The notes under the pieces are model-generated. The model worked only from the letters and a program-made list of their open reading frames with translations. It ran no database searches and was not told the DNA's origin. From Octopus sinensis (Eukaryota), in the NCBI RefSeq assembly GCF_006345805.1, contig NC_042999.1:39184001-39248000 (forward strand): DNA of 64,000 nucleotides, in the 5' to 3' direction. Position 1 is the stretch's first letter. Each line of letters begins with the position of its first letter. Below are positions 1-14,134 of the stretch, in pieces. The position numbers and the translations under genes are program-made.

Positions 1-84
1 CATTAAATATTTTGTCGGCGGTCTAACGATTCTGCCAATAAAAGTATAATATTGGTTCAAATTTTCCTACAAGGGAAGCAACAA

Positions 85-401
85 CGGGGAATAGAATTAA
101 GTTTGCTCCTTCTCAAGCCATGCCTGGCTCATAAGGGCCAGTTATCGGTTTCCTTGATGTATAGGTTCCCCATCTGGACGGGACGCCGGTCCGTCGCAGA
201 TGAGCTGCAAGATGCAGAAGGAAAGAGTGAGAGAAAGTTGTGGCGAAAGAGTCAGCAGAATTTCGCCATTATCTTTTGTCGGAGCCGCGTGGAGCTTAGG
301 TGTTTCGCTCATAAACACGCACATCCCGGTCTGAGATTGAAACCCGCGATCCGTCGACAGTGAGTTCGCTGCTCTAACCACTAGGCCATGCGCCTCCACA
401 A
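85..401 (-). mobile_element. tRNA-derived SINE (family B)
   Basis: Minus strand starts gtggaggcgcatggcctagtggttagagcagc (A-box-like), with a B-box-like gggtttcaatctc; 3' tail ...gccaggcatggcttgagaaggagc resembles RTE-type LINE tails. Confidence 0.7.
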
Positions 402-409
402 TATGATTA

Positions 410-1010
410 ATTGGATTACATCGACCTCGTTTCACCACTGCTACTTAATTCATCGTCCCCGAAGATGAAAGGTAAAAATCGACCTCGGGTGAAATTCAGT
501 TCAGAAGATAAAGACGGACAAAATAATGCGAATCATATTAAACGACGTGGTCACGATTCTGACAGCTCGTCGCCATATAAATATGTGTATATTTGTTTCA
601 AATTTGGGCACAAGACAAGTAATTCAAGGCTAGGGCTTAAGTTGATTACAGTGACCCTAGTGTTTCACTGGTAATTATTTCATCGACCGCCGATGGACGA
701 AAAGCTGAGTTGATTTTGGCAGAATTTGAACTCAGAAGTTTAAAGTGGACAAAATACCACTAAGTGTTTCGCCAGGAGCGCTAACGATTCTGCCAGCTCG
801 TCGTCTTAAATAAATGTATAATATTCTTTTCTTTTCTAGGCACAATGCAAAAAATTTTTGGGGAGGGGGCCAGTCGATTAGATCGACTCCAGTACCCAAC
901 TGGTAATTAATTTATAGACCCCGAAAGGATGAAAGGTAAAATCGACCTCGGTGGAATTTGAACTCTGAGCGTAAAGACAGGCGAAATACCACTAAAAATT
1001 TTGTCCGGCG
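410..1010 (-). mobile_element. Three truncated, diverged copies of SINE family M (~410-590, ~640-810, ~865-1010)
   Basis: Each repeats atcgaccc..gaaaggatgaaaggtaaa.tcgacctcgg.ggaatttgaactc.gaac, also seen in the full-length copies at 9665, 11888 and 49485. Confidence 0.75.
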
Positions 1011-1149
1011 AGTGTACGAAGATATCCTGAAGGGGACATGGAAAACTCTCCTTTTCCATTCTTTTATCTTTCTCGAGAATGATTCCCGAAAGAATGGCTA
1101 TACTCATAATGTTCGACTATCCACTAAGTACGGTAGGTATGCAGAATAC

Positions 1150-1163
1150 TTTTTGTAGATTTT

Positions 1164-1206
<43 letters not shown>

Positions 1207-1250
1207 TATATATATTATATGTGTGTGTGTGTACTTATATATATATATAT

Positions 1251-1282
<32 letters not shown>

Positions 1283-1292
1283 ATATATATAT
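1150..1292. repeat. (TA)n/(TG)n microsatellite
   Basis: Direct reading. Confidence 0.95.
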
Positions 1293-1580
1293 AAAATTTA
1301 ATATAAGGGTGAGAAATTGGATATTAATTTAATAACATCAATTTAACACCAGTGTTCTAGCATATTAAAATCTGAAGTTTCAGTAAATTATATTATATAC
1401 ATATGTATATACAACCAGTGTTGACCAAACGCCACTCGACAGTAAATCAAAATTCCATAAATGCTATCCGTAATTATGCATTGACTTGAATGGAGAAATT
1501 TGTCGCTGAAGAAGGACTTCAGGTTGAACAGTTTTCATAATGTTTCACACCTAGATGCTTTTATTCAATTCATTCAGTTG
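1293..1580. mobile_element. TA-flanked non-coding repeat, weakly related to the 600-bp unit at 59887
   Basis: aagggtgagaaattggatattaatt..catcaatttaacaccag resembles aagggtgaaattaattaatttgg..tatcaattacaccaag at ~60403; a degenerate ctgaaga motif sits at 1506. Confidence 0.3.
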
Positions 1581-1734
1581 TTAAACATAAATATGTCTTG
1601 GAATTAAATGTTTCTTGTATACTGTCCGTTGAATTTTGGGCAACCATACACACACACACATACACACACAATTATATACATATATATATATATATACACT
1701 TATATATATGTGTGTGTGTGTGTGTGTGTACAGC

Positions 1735-2547
1735 GTTTACCAGTAGCCACCCTCTTGACCCAAGGCAGTACTACCTCTTCCAAGCACCTAATGTAGGCCG
1801 TGCGGAATGATGAATGGAGGCATAAGGTTGCCATCACCGGAGGTCACTCCAAACACCATGATGTTGGCTGGATGTTTGATTTTTATCACTCTCGGTACAT
1901 ATTTGGGGGACACGGTAAGCCAACGGTTGTCCTGTGTGTTCACCATCTTATCCTGGCAAACATTCTTGTCGTCTGAGAAAACAAAGCATGTTCAGATGAA
2001 GGGGCTGCTTCAGTTTGTTTAAAAGCTTCGTAGCACTTCCTCTTGTCCTTGATGGCTTTGGATAAAAACTGGCCCTTTCTCATCTTGTATGAGAAATGTC
2101 TTCATGCACTGCCTGCCTTATAAGAAACTCAGACACTTCCTTGGCCCTGAAGATATAACTAATAGACTTGAAGGGTTCGTTGACAATCATAGCCTGGCTC
2201 TCACCAACAAATTCTGGAGTTCTTTTTCTTATCAGAACAATCAGAGTGAGTTTTCCGAGTGGCCGTACTTCCGAGCGGAATCATCATTAGACACATCCAA
2301 CGCTTTCTGAATCCTCTACACGGTCCTCATATTGACACTGAAATATTCGTATTGGAGCTTCCGGCGCGAATGTCAAGCAAGTACAGCATGTCATTTCCAA
2401 ATTTCTGGCCGAATGAACTGCGTCATAGAGCTATTTATCTCAGACGGTGCTCTACTGACTCTTCTATGCTGCGTAGTCAAAACAAAATCGAAAGCAAACA
2501 GTGTGCAATGCGCGAAATAAAAAATAAAATGTTGAAAATTTTCCTAT
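1735..2547 (-). mobile_element. Tc1/mariner maT (DD37D-like) transposase remnant
   Basis: Minus-strand translation FSDDKNVCQDKMVNTQDNRWLTVSPKYVPRVIKIKHPANIMVFGVTSGDGNLMPPFIIPHGL, then YIRCLEEVVLPWVKRVA. This is typical of the maT catalytic N-half; stops and frameshifts present. Confidence 0.8.
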
Positions 2548-2595
2548 CGCATCATGAGTATATATATAAATAAATATACATATATATATATATAT

Positions 2596-2676
<81 letters not shown>

Positions 2677-2677
2677 G

Positions 2678-2711
<34 letters not shown>

Positions 2712-2740
2712 ATATATATATAGATATATAGATACATGCA

Positions 2741-2782
<42 letters not shown>

Positions 2783-2869
2783 CATATATATATATATATT
2801 ATATATATATATACGTATATCTATATCTATCTATCTATCTATATATATATATATATGTATGTATATATA

Positions 2870-2910
<41 letters not shown>

Positions 2911-2935
2911 GATGTGTGTGTGTGTGTGTGTGTGC
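2548..2935. repeat. Long compound (TA)n/(TATC)n/(TG)n microsatellite
   Basis: Direct reading. Confidence 0.95.
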
Positions 2936-3799
2936 ATGTATCTATATATACATTCTTATAAATTCACATTCGCGCAATACAGTGTAATGTATTTGAATAA
3001 CCGTTGACGAAATTAATAATCAGAATTTACCTTAATGTATGGAGGATTTAAATTTAACTCTACCTTCTCTATTGTTATAAATACTGAGTAGCTATTTATT
3101 TAATTACCTGTGTGAGCGTATGCGCGACAAACTGCGCGTGTTCTTATGCGTAAATCTTCGTGGATTTTTGTACGAGCGAGTGTACGTGTGTCATATGACC
3201 TAAGTGAGGGCGTTTAATACATCCATACCTGTTAACGGTTATATAATATTATTTTCGCTCTATTGTGTATTTGTTTCTTTTTCCATCTATTATCTATAAT
3301 TAATCTGCAATATAAACGACGCTGTGTACCTTAATTTGCAGTTTTTCTATACATAAATGGGGAAGATATCCTACGGAACAGTCGTTATTCTTATAATCAA
3401 CTGAAGAAACACATCTACCCCGCAGATATTCCTAAATAAGTTGTTAAATATCCCACTAGTGCGGTATCGATATTAGATGTGTTGAAACAATTAGTCATTT
3501 CTTTCATGCCATAAAAACTTTGATTCGTCTAGAGAATGAGAAATAATTCGTTTCTGGGAACGATGGTGCTCAGAAGAGATAAAGCAATTATTCATGAATT
3601 CTCTGTTTACCGCTAAGGATTTACAAATAGTATTATAAAAATAAATAGTAATAAATTCAGGAACAATGCTAGGTAATACAGTATGGAATAAAAAGTCTAT
3701 AAAAAGTGGGAAGACACTGATAAAATATATATTAACAACGACAAATTCCCCAAAAGTGGGAGATTTCTTCTTGTGGATGCGCCGATTTTCCACAAGGAA

Positions 3800-6125
3800 G
3801 CCATCGCACATGCATGGCACTGATCATTTATAAAACGCCAAATTGAAAATGTCACTAATCTCATTATCCGACCAAAAGAAGACAATGAGCTCCAAACGAA
3901 ACTCTAAGCGCCAGTTGTACTTCCACGGTCTACGCTTGATTCAGGATTGCACCTCAGTGAGAGAACGACAAACGGGGACCATAGGACTCGCCGTCAAATA
4001 AGAACTAGAAAAGTCTTAGCCTCGGTGCGTGTCAGCACATCATCAGACACAGCATGCCCAGTCCTCCATTTAGCACCTCCCTACCATAGAAAGAGAAAGT
4101 GAGGTAGTTTGCGCTCGAGTTCGGTGAGACGTAACATGGGAAAAGGCACAACAGTTAAACGATAACATACAACACAAGCGATGTATATAGTTGCCACCTC
4201 TGCTTGACCTCTCATAATTAGTTTCTCTTGGTAACCCTGCTCGTCGCATCGCCCCAGTTCTTCTCCATCTGGAGATATGGACCAACACAGACACCAGGAA
4301 ATTTAACGGATCATTCTGTCCAGAGTCCCATGATGTCATTGCACGGCATACAGCCGTCTCTCCAGGTTCCGAGCTGCAGGCCCACTGACTTTTGCTCTTA
4401 GCACTGCTTTGAATTCATCAACAGCAGTTCCTATCACGTCTATGTGTCTGGTGATAAACACTATGACGGTGGTTTTGTCTGCGTATACCGACACTGATCT
4501 CCGACTCCATAGCTCGAACGGAATGTCTTTCAACGTCTCCAATCAACGCTATAGTGGCTTGAAACCTGAACAGAACACACCTGACCATCTCTGCCGGTGG
4601 TGCTGAATATTTCTGACTGTTACCCATTTATCCAAATTACCAAGCAGATATCGTAGTACAATTCGGCAATCAACCCACGAAATTCGGGGCCATACCAGCC
4701 ACCGTAAAAACAGCTGCCACCTATTGGTGGTCGAACCATATCGGGGGCTTTTGATTGCTACAAATTGACTACGATTCCACCCATGACATATTCTTTAGCT
4801 TCTATTTCTGATGTATCGCTTAGGTTAGTGTTTCTAATCGATATGTTGTGTGTAAACGGGGCATATTTGCTCAACACCAATGAGATCCTCGATGGTACTT
4901 TGCCGTGAATTTTGAAATGTGCATTCTGCAGTGTTATAGGCCTAAAAGTTTTTATTTCACACCCCTGCTCTGGGGTCTCTCTTAGCAGCGCCACTGTTCT
5001 CCGACTCCCAGATATATGACATTTCCAATTCTGCTTACAGTTGCAGTAGACATCTGCTAAGAGGCATTGAAACCAGTCTGGCATACAGAAGTAAATCTCG
5101 TTGGTATGCAAGCTCATCATCCCATACTATTTCCATAAATGTTTTCAGCCTTTGGCAACACTATGCTTTTCTTCATGGGAGTCACTGTAAGCATTCAAGT
5201 GAGGCACTGAACTCCATTTTGATTCGGTCTGTCATTTGCCCGTATACTTGAGCAAATTGTTGCTAAGATGTTGTACACATCTGCTAGGACCTGAGTAACA
5301 TGCATTCATTCTGATCTACCAAAAACCGTATTGTGAATTTGTTGCCAAGTCTACGCTAGTCGCACACATCGAGCGACACTCAGTACGTCATGTTTTGAAG
5401 CACGCGCCTTCGCTCTGACAATGCAAGCGTTATGCTTATCGTTGAAGAAATTATCAAGGGCCAAACTACCTGCAAGCACGTAGATTGCATGAGCTTTTCT
5501 AAGCGCCGCTTCTAAGTTTACTTTTATTTCTTTCTATTACTTATGCCTTACTAAAGCTAATCACTTCTACGCTAATTGTGCATTTTAGGGATAACTACCA
5601 GTTGTTCCTGACGATTGTCTCCGTCAACACACACTTAACTAAGCTTGTCAGAAAGCTTGTCACTCCGGGAGTAACGAGTTCTCTTTCCAATAACAGGAAA
5701 CCTGCCTAGCAAACCTATATAGGTTGACCCACGTAATCACAAATTTGTGGTCTGTGTAGTCAACGATTTAGAGAAACTGAGAACAGACTACTCTCTATAG
5801 ATACAACATTGAGTATTCGATGTTATTTGTCCACACTCACATTGGTACATTCAGGAAGCCAAACCTTTCAGAATTGGAAGTTTGTGCAAGGCTTTCACAC
5901 ACTTCTCTTCTAACAGCTAGCTCCACAATATCTGACCTTGCATCGAAGATGAAAGTCCTGTCTAGTACTAAACTAGGCCCACTAGTACTAAACATATAGA
6001 TATTCCTAGGAATACCTTCAGAAGTACGAAGAAATTCGGTGTGCTGGTTCGTGCTGCAGACGAATCAGCCACTAATCTGAAAGCACCTCAATCGCCACTG
6101 TTCACTCTGAGGACCCTAAGGTATA
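3800..6125 (-). mobile_element. Decayed L1/Tx1-like LINE ORF2 (APE endonuclease + RT)
   Basis: Minus-strand motifs in the expected order: GAFRLVA (~6080), VFLGISICLVLVG, TDHKFV and YWKENSLL (~5740-5690), FRPITLQNAHFKI (~4930), SVSVYADKTTVIV (YADD-like, ~4480). Heavily frameshifted. Confidence 0.8.
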
Positions 6126-6499
6126 ATCTACGTTTAGGAAGTGGGATACATTGAAATAGCGCTAAGACTACCTGGGCAGAATTTGATCTCAGAACACAAG
6201 GACGGGTGAAATGCTGCAAAGCTAACGATTTCTGCCCGCTCACTATCTTATATGAAGATATAAATAATAGCATGTAAGTGTTGATTACAAAAAGAAAAAA
6301 ATAATAGAATAAAATAAAATAAAATAAAATAAAGCAATTGGTTAGAAAGATTCGAAACAATGATACTTATTACACCATGTAAATATGATTATGTTCTTTC
6401 ATACTTTTGACACTAGGTCGGGGAACTAGCATATTATTTGTACTATATTTATGTTAGAAGACCTTGTAAAGACTGTAAGACCTTGTAAAGACTTGTAAA

Positions 6500-7450
6500 G
6501 ACATGTCTATAGAGATTGGCCAGGAAAGTGAAAAAAATGTATATGATTTGGACTGAAGTGAGTAGTGTGCAGTTAGGATGATTCGATGGAGATTTAACTT
6601 GGTGAAATAGGACACTGTTCATGGACTCATAGCAGATGAACTGTCAACAGAAACCTTCACTGCGGGCTCGCTATCGAGCTGCTCCAGAAAGAGAGGTCTT
6701 CCGGTAAGTCGGAAAAGTCAGTCTGGGGATTCGAATGGCCGATCGCACTCTCCTTCAGAGTGTAGCTGATGGAAGCGAAATAAACAATTCAGCGGCACAT
6801 TCTTGTGTCTGATTATTTTTTTATGCATAGCTTCACAAAGATATTAGTAGTAACCTTTGAAATAGAAAACACGTAAGCGTGGCAAGCGATCACACCGCCG
6901 CACAGAGGCTTCCACAGTTCTAGCCCGATACGGCCGAGGTATGGTTCCCAGTTTGAAGCACAATTAAAAATAATGAGATCACCTCGGACATGACAAAAGA
7001 TTCGTGGACACAGTAAAACGGATGTTAGATATTGTAATCGAGATGGAGAACACGATTGGTGGTACGATGTACTGAGATTGTGTAGTGCTCCCCACATAGC
7101 AAGACATATCGATCAAAATATGGTGATTTTAGCAAAGTTGATTAATATTGATGGATTGTAGACATGTTTGATATTGGATAAGATGAAAGGCAGGTAGAAT
7201 CTGATAATGTAATGTTCGTAAGTTTAACTTAAGGTAAGTTTAATTGTAAGAGGCAGAAATGCCGATGGTGATGCTTCGGTGAGATATCTAGAAAGTGAGT
7301 AGAATTGATAGAAATGTGAGACAAGACTTCTAGATTTGAGGATTGGCACTTGAGAAGTTCCTTCAGTGTGAAGAACGACAAAAAACGTCGATAAAATGCG
7401 GATCTGACGTGAAAAACGAGCAGGTGCATGTTGTTGAAGCCTTGTAATAA
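6500..7450 (-). mobile_element. Possible very degenerate LINE endonuclease-region remnant
   Basis: Higher-GC block with fragmentary LINE-like peptide traces on the minus strand; no clean motif. Confidence 0.25.
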
Positions 7451-9664
7451 TTTTATCTCCATGATAGATGTCAGCGATAACATAAAGAGAGGTATTTCAC
7501 TGTGTGGAGAATTGTGATTATAATATGCGTGCGCGAAGTGAGATAATCAAGAAGGTATTTGGTGTTGCGTACTACGTAAGAGATTGTTTTCCACATAGAT
7601 GAGGAGTTGGAGCGAGAAGGTAAAAAACAAATGATCTAAAGATGCAGAGGATGGGATTCTATAATAGCAAGAGAAACTGCGTGCAGTTTGCATTTTCAAA
7701 GGTGTCTCATCTTCATAGCTGTGTCATGGCCATCACGTCTACTATAGATTCACTCTATATTTTTTGGTTACGAGTTGGAGCTACATTTCTGTCAAAACAC
7801 TTATTTTCCAGAATTCTCAATGCTTGTATAATACGATCCATAGCACACGCGCGCGCACATATTAGAACACATACATGCGTTCAGTGTGTGCACAGACACA
7901 CATTATTAGAGATCTTTGAACAGACGCATTAAAACTGTTCTCTAATCTAAAACTCAAAACATGATCATGAGATATATTCACTCAATTACTCTAAATAGTG
8001 TTGAAAGTAGTTGTCAAACTTTGGCATCATAATAACATGATGCATTAAATTTATTAGTTATTAGTAACAAAACTTTTAGAATCATAGCAATATCTATAGG
8101 GACGGAAAGATCTTACATGAAGACGCCATCCACACCTACATTCAATAGTAGATTCTAATGTGAAGAATGTTTCACTTTTAAAGAGGAGATGAAAAACAAA
8201 AAAAAAAAAAGAAAGAGAAAAACAATAATAATAAATTAAAAACCTAGAAACTATCAGCGTATGGTTCTTTTAATTTCGGTTCAAAACGTTTTATTTTTGT
8301 ATCATAATATCTTTCTATTGAAACGATAAGTTAGTAGTCAAAGCAGAATATACATTACAGGAAAATACGTGATATATTCTGTATATCGTTGGCTTTATCT
8401 TTTCGGATAAAAACGTATTTCCTTCATTTAAAAATCGTAGAATAGATGAAACAAAATACAATCTTCCAGATATTAAAGTACAAAAGAATCAATACATTAA
8501 TATGCATAAAAAGAATCTTTTTATTATACAATTCAATCGGTGCCAATTTTATCTTGGCATCTTCAATTCGGTTAGGGATATTCTAGTATTCCTGGGAATA
8601 ATTGACAAATTACTTCCTGACTAGACGGGAAATATACGGTAGATTTCAATTAGCTAATCTAAAATCAATTCTGCATTTTATTTCCTATTTTTCCACATCT
8701 TTGTATACCACTTAGGGGGACACATACGTTTACATATATAAATACGTAGATACATATGATACTTGCGTCTGTGTGCGTATATATATATACATACGTATAC
8801 GTGCACATATACATGTATACCTATGTGTATTATATGTGTATTCTATGTATGTGTCTGTTTGTGTCTGTGTGTGTGTCTCTGTGTATGTGCGTGCGTGTGC
8901 ATTTGTGCTTGTGTGTGCGTGAGTGTGGTATACACCTGTGTAGATGATTTTACGTTCAAACAATTGTAAGTTGCTATGAAGCGTAAAAGCACTCGATAAC
9001 TTGATTTAAAATGGCAAAACATTGAAATCAGACATTGTGAATCAACGGCATAATGTTTATCCAGATGCTTACGTATAGATATTCACACGCAGACACACGC
9101 GCGCGTGCGCATATCGCAAGGAAAGATAATACGGATTTGCCAAGTAAGAACTGCGATATATATCTGCCAAATACCAATTATCTGTCATAACAATTACACC
9201 AAAGGCAAACTCTGAATTGTTCTATCACCATTGACTATTCTCCTATATATCATATAAACATCAATGGTATATCTAAAACCCCAGTGAATACGACGTGTTA
9301 TTGATAGCATCAAGATATCTACATTGGTGATCCAGTGGTCAGACACCTATGTAATATAGGTCGCGGATAAGAAAACTTGCTTGCGTATTCTCAAGATGCT
9401 TTATGGGAATTTGGTATATTGCAGAAGATGTGTACATCAGAAAGGAGAATGTTAAAAATGAGAAAGTTGATCTGCGACAGATATCAACCTTACATTTTAG
9501 TGAAATAGATTTTACGATTGTGTTGTAGCAGAAGATTGAGATTTTGTCTTTTTGAGTAACTTCTTTGAAAGAAGATTTGGGTTCCGGAATTTCAGTTTTC
9601 TGTTGAGTATGGTCAGATGCATTATGAATTCATTCGTAATTATAAGAACAATATGAATATTTAT

Positions 9665-9897
9665 TTCTTTACTACACACAAGGGGCTAAACACAGAGGGG
9701 ACAAACAAGGACAGAGAAACGGATTAAGTCGATTATATCGACCCCAATGTGCAACTGGTACTTAATTTATCGACCCCGAGAGGATGAAAGGCTAAGTCGA
9801 CCTCGGCGGAATTTGAACCCAGGATGTAGCGGTAGACGAAAAACGGCTACGCATTTCGCCCGGCGTGCTAACGATTCTACAAGCTCGCCGCCTTTTG
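9665..9897 (-). mobile_element. Full-length tRNA-derived SINE (family M)
   Basis: Minus strand ggcggcgagcttgtagaatcgttagcacg...gggttcaaattccgccgaggtcgacttagcctttcatcctctcggggtcgataaattaagtaccag. The central block resembles Meta/MESC-type SINE domains (recalled, unverified). Confidence 0.85.
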
Positions 9898-10109
9898 AAT
9901 ATGAATATTGATGATAAAATTTTGATTTCAATTTCAATTGCACCAGTACCTCTGATATCTATAAGAACTGGCTACATATGCTGTTGTCTTTCAAATTCTC
10001 TAATGTGGTGGTTGATAGGCTGCGGGCAGGATATGAGCATTTTGAAAGATTTACCACACCCCCGTATGTCCCAGAATCACTGCCCTTCTATATAGATATT
10101 TCTACATAT

Positions 10110-10282
10110 CAATGTTTATAGGAGTTGTTGTGTGGCAAGAAGCTTCCTTCTCAACCACGTACATTGGGTTCAGTCCCACTGCGTAACACCTTAAGCAAAT
10201 CTCTTCTACTATAGCCACGGACCGACTAAAGCCTTGTGAGTGGGATTGGTAGACGGAAACTGAAAGAGACTCGTCATACACT

Positions 10283-10363
<81 letters not shown>

Positions 10364-10565
10364 ACGTGGTTGTCGCACCATCATTGTATGGCAACCTATA
10401 TTGGTTTGTTTACGTCCCCATAACGTAACGCTTCGGGCAATGAGACCGATAGATTAAGTACTAGGCTTACAAAAATATGTCCTGGGGTCTATTTGGTCGA
10501 CTATAAGCGGTATTTCAACATAGCCGCAGCCAAATGACTGAAACATATAAAAGAGAAAAGAATAA
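10110..10565 (+). mobile_element. tRNA-derived CORE-like SINE (family A) with internal CA/TG microsatellite
   Basis: gggttcagtcccactgcgtaacaccttaagcaaatctcttctactatagcc...ggtagacggaaactgaaaga matches the cleaner copy at 42806. Confidence 0.8.
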
Positions 10566-10675
10566 AAGGAGGTATATATATATATATATACATACATATA
10601 TATATATATAATAACAAAAAAGAAGAATTTTGGTTGTCCCCACGCGGTGGATTGTAATGTATATATTTTAATTTT

Positions 10676-10728
<53 letters not shown>

Positions 10729-11663
10729 ACTAGCTGAAAATTACTGCATTGAATTATTAGATATACCAATTTACATATTAGATTCATTCCTGGAGCTGAT
10801 ATGTAAACATTAAGGTTTTGTAGGTACGTGGTATTTCGTTATGCCAACAATGCACTATAAAGTATACTAAATGTTATGATGAGTTGGTACCACATTCTAC
10901 TGCGTCAGCAGTACTTCGTACGTTGAAGTTGGCAACTAACCATCACTTTATTGTGCTACTACTCAATATATCTTTCTGAGAGATTTAGAAATGTAATATT
11001 TCTAATTTTGTAGATCAGATAAATCTATACGTTTTTAAAGCTGAATAATCATCGACAACTAGAAAGCCAAGCTACTCCAGAATGATGAAAAACAATGACT
11101 CTGAAACTGGTATATGGAGCTGGCTTTGCTGGGTGGAGGTGCTTATCTCCCCTGTTTGAAAACATATGGACCCGGTATGCTTGTGTCACATAGCCAACTG
11201 GAAACGGTGTTTCCTGGGGCTAAATAGCAATAGCCTTCTTCCCTTTACTGGGACTGCCACATTAAGATGTCAACAAAACATTACTTTATCGTGCTGCGAC
11301 TGTATAAATTTTTCTGGGAGATTTAGAAATATAATATTTCTAATTCTTAAGGTCATTTTACAGATACTCTATAGAAATTCACTTTGTAGCACTCTGTAGC
11401 ACTTCACTTTGCTACAACGTTTTGTATCGAGATATCAGTTGTAAATAATCAATGAGATTGGAAACAAAATTGGTTAATGAGTGTATACACCATATTTCGG
11501 CGATACATGACATATTTCAGCATACATCTATGTACCACGTACATACAAATCATACCAGTTCCAGGAATGCGTCAAATATGTAAATTGGTATATCAAGTAA
11601 ATTAATACCGCTGTAGGCGTGGGATATGAAAGTAATGTGTTCGAAGTCGAGACTGGGTTAGAT

Positions 11664-11700
11664 GGGTGCTGATGAAGGGGCAACAACCCCGATATAACGT
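11664..11700 (+). ncRNA. Degenerate hammerhead-like motif
   Basis: ctgatga-a-gggg-caacaa-cccc-gata: core and stem II present; GAAA mutated; no clear stem I or III. Confidence 0.3.
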
Positions 11701-11887
11701 TTTCCTTTTTTTTATCAATTATTAACTTTACTCATCAAACTGCAGGCAACAACTTGAAGGGTGTAATTGAACAAAATGACTGCAGTTAAAATTTCATTTT
11801 GATGTTTTGATATTTCAAACTCATTTGACGAACCGAGAAATTGCAAGAATACAAGCAAACCCAAACTGATTACCACGCTTGGTGAAT

Positions 11888-12117
11888 GCGGCGAGCTGGC
11901 AGAAGCGTTAGCGCGCCGGACGAAATAATTAGTGGTATTTCGGTTGCCGTTACGTTCTGAGTTCAAATTCCGGTGAGGTCGACTTTGCCTTTCATCCTTT
12001 CGGGGTAGATAAAATAAGTACCAGTTACGCACTGGGGTCGATATAATCGACTTAATCGCTTTGTCTGTCCTTGTTTGTCCCCTCTATGTTTAGCTCCTTG
12101 TGGGCAATAAAGAAATA
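11888..12117 (+). mobile_element. Full-length SINE family M
   Basis: gcggcgagctggcagaagcgttagc (A box)...gagttcaaattcc (B box)...gcctttcatcctttcggggtagataaaataagtaccag...ttgtgggcaataaagaaata. Confidence 0.9.
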
Positions 12118-13174
12118 CAAAAAAAAAACAGAAGCAAAAGGAGGTAGAGTAGAATACAATTGTTTAATTCCCACGCAGTGGAACTGAACTTGGGAGCATG
12201 GTGTGGGAAAGAAAATGCACAATCAGACATCCGTGCGCATAAAGTAGCTTAATTTCGCTGGGTTTACCCTATACTCAAATTTGAATTTAAAGTCTCTGTT
12301 TACTGTGGATGGAAGTAAAATCACATTTCAGTACACAGAACAAAGGCAAGAGATATTATCACCCAATAGTAGATATATTAAAACAAATTCCATAGAACTG
12401 GTTTCAGTGTTCTCAAATGTTTGCTTTACTTATCATTTTACCAAATTGCACATATACGAAAATACATTATTTCATCAATACCAATCATGACGTGGACATG
12501 TAATTATAACTGTGTAGCGACGGGCAATTTCGAAGATATAATGGAACTGAACATTTTCAAAGATAATAAAATAATTTTATACATACGTAAGCAATAGATT
12601 GTACGATGCATACAAAATCGATGGTCGTTATGATTAGAACTTCAATTTTAGCTGGGCTAAGATTTTCATTTTAATATTCAAGAAACTGCATAATTCATGT
12701 ATTTTAAAACAAAAACACAACGAAAGTTTTTGAGGGCATTACTTTTATGGTAAATATGTCGGCAATTTCCGTTAAAATTATTTTACCGAACAGAGTTAAC
12801 GATTACATTTTGTGTTTTTAACTAGAGAAAAATATACTGGAATAATTTTTGTTTCATTTCCAAATAAATTTTAAATGGAGATATACATAATATATGATCA
12901 AGTCCGTCCGTGTGATAATTAAATATCGTTTCACTTAATAAAACTTTATAATAAAAAGAGCATAAGTATTAGAATATACTTGTTAAGAAAAATGGAATAA
13001 GGATTCGTTATGTAGCCAACAATAAAACTCTCCTTGGGAAACTATTTTGATCTTTTCAGTCCATCTTATTTTGCGAGCAAAAGTTTACATAAATCATTCG
13101 GAATGCAGAGTGAATATAGTGTCGATGTAATGAAGAACACAAGACATTCAATATATATACATACATATATGTGC

Positions 13175-13204
<30 letters not shown>

Positions 13205-13214
<10 letters not shown>

Positions 13215-13620
13215 GGTATAAATTTGAGGTGTTTAAAACCCCTAAGGGATGGTTAAATTCAAAGGCGCTCCTAAAGACGTGGAAAATATGCGTTTACTTA
13301 AACTTGGGACTACAGATCAAAATAACCTTCATCCTGCGTACACTTCGCAGCAGAATTATAGAAATAGTAACCTACTATAATGTACGACTCACCATTATTT
13401 GTCTTTATTCTCGTTACCTATCGATCCCTATGTCTTTCTCTCTTCTTTCCTCTACATAGGACTATGCATTCTGATGATGTCTACCACTGTAAATGGTAAA
13501 CAGAAACGATCGTAAATGTACGGTTACTACCACTTTGCTTTATAAATTAATTAAATTAATGGCTTACTAGCGCAAACGATCAAATTCTTCCTCTTACTTT
13601 TCTTCCATTTTCTTCTTGCA
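13205..13620 (+). mobile_element. Penelope-like 3' end/pLTR fragment between (TA)n tracts
   Basis: Contains an intact HHR; preceded by the peptide trace ENMRLLKLGTTDQNNL, weakly like the GIY-YIG C-terminal LxTxxPxGLN. Confidence 0.45.
13465..13520 (+). ncRNA. Minimal type I hammerhead ribozyme
   Basis: tgcatt-CTGATGA-tgtctaccactgtaaatggtaaaca-GAAA-cgatcg-TA-aatgta: 6-bp stem I, stem II tgt/aca plus tacca/tggta, palindromic stem III ACGATCGT, GUA cleavage triplet. Confidence 0.8.
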
Positions 13621-13624
13621 TATA

Positions 13625-13666
<42 letters not shown>

Positions 13667-14045
13667 ATATATATTATATGTGTGTGTGTGTGTGTGTGTT
13701 TGTAAACAGACGCTAACAAATAAATATAATGCCAAAACTATACGGTATCATAAACTAAAACTATGTCAGAAACAAAAGTACTACAAAAATACTTAAAGAT
13801 TCTGAATTATTATACAAGTTAAATGACAGCAACAGAAAGATGATAAAATTTATAGTGTAACTTAAGACACATAATGAGCGGTGGAAAAAATTAATAAAAT
13901 AATGTCAGAAATGTGAATCGTTTAAAATAATAAAGAAAGCGAAGACATTGCCAAAATAAACGATGGATGATTGATTCAGTACAGAGTGTTTTAGTATCGC
14001 CCCCGTAATACATACATTCATACTCATACATGCATGCATACATAA

Positions 14046-14134
<89 letters not shown>

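Noticed and set aside
3395-3445. caactgaaga...taagttg HHR-like trace
   Set aside because: Too degenerate: no GAAA and poor stem II.
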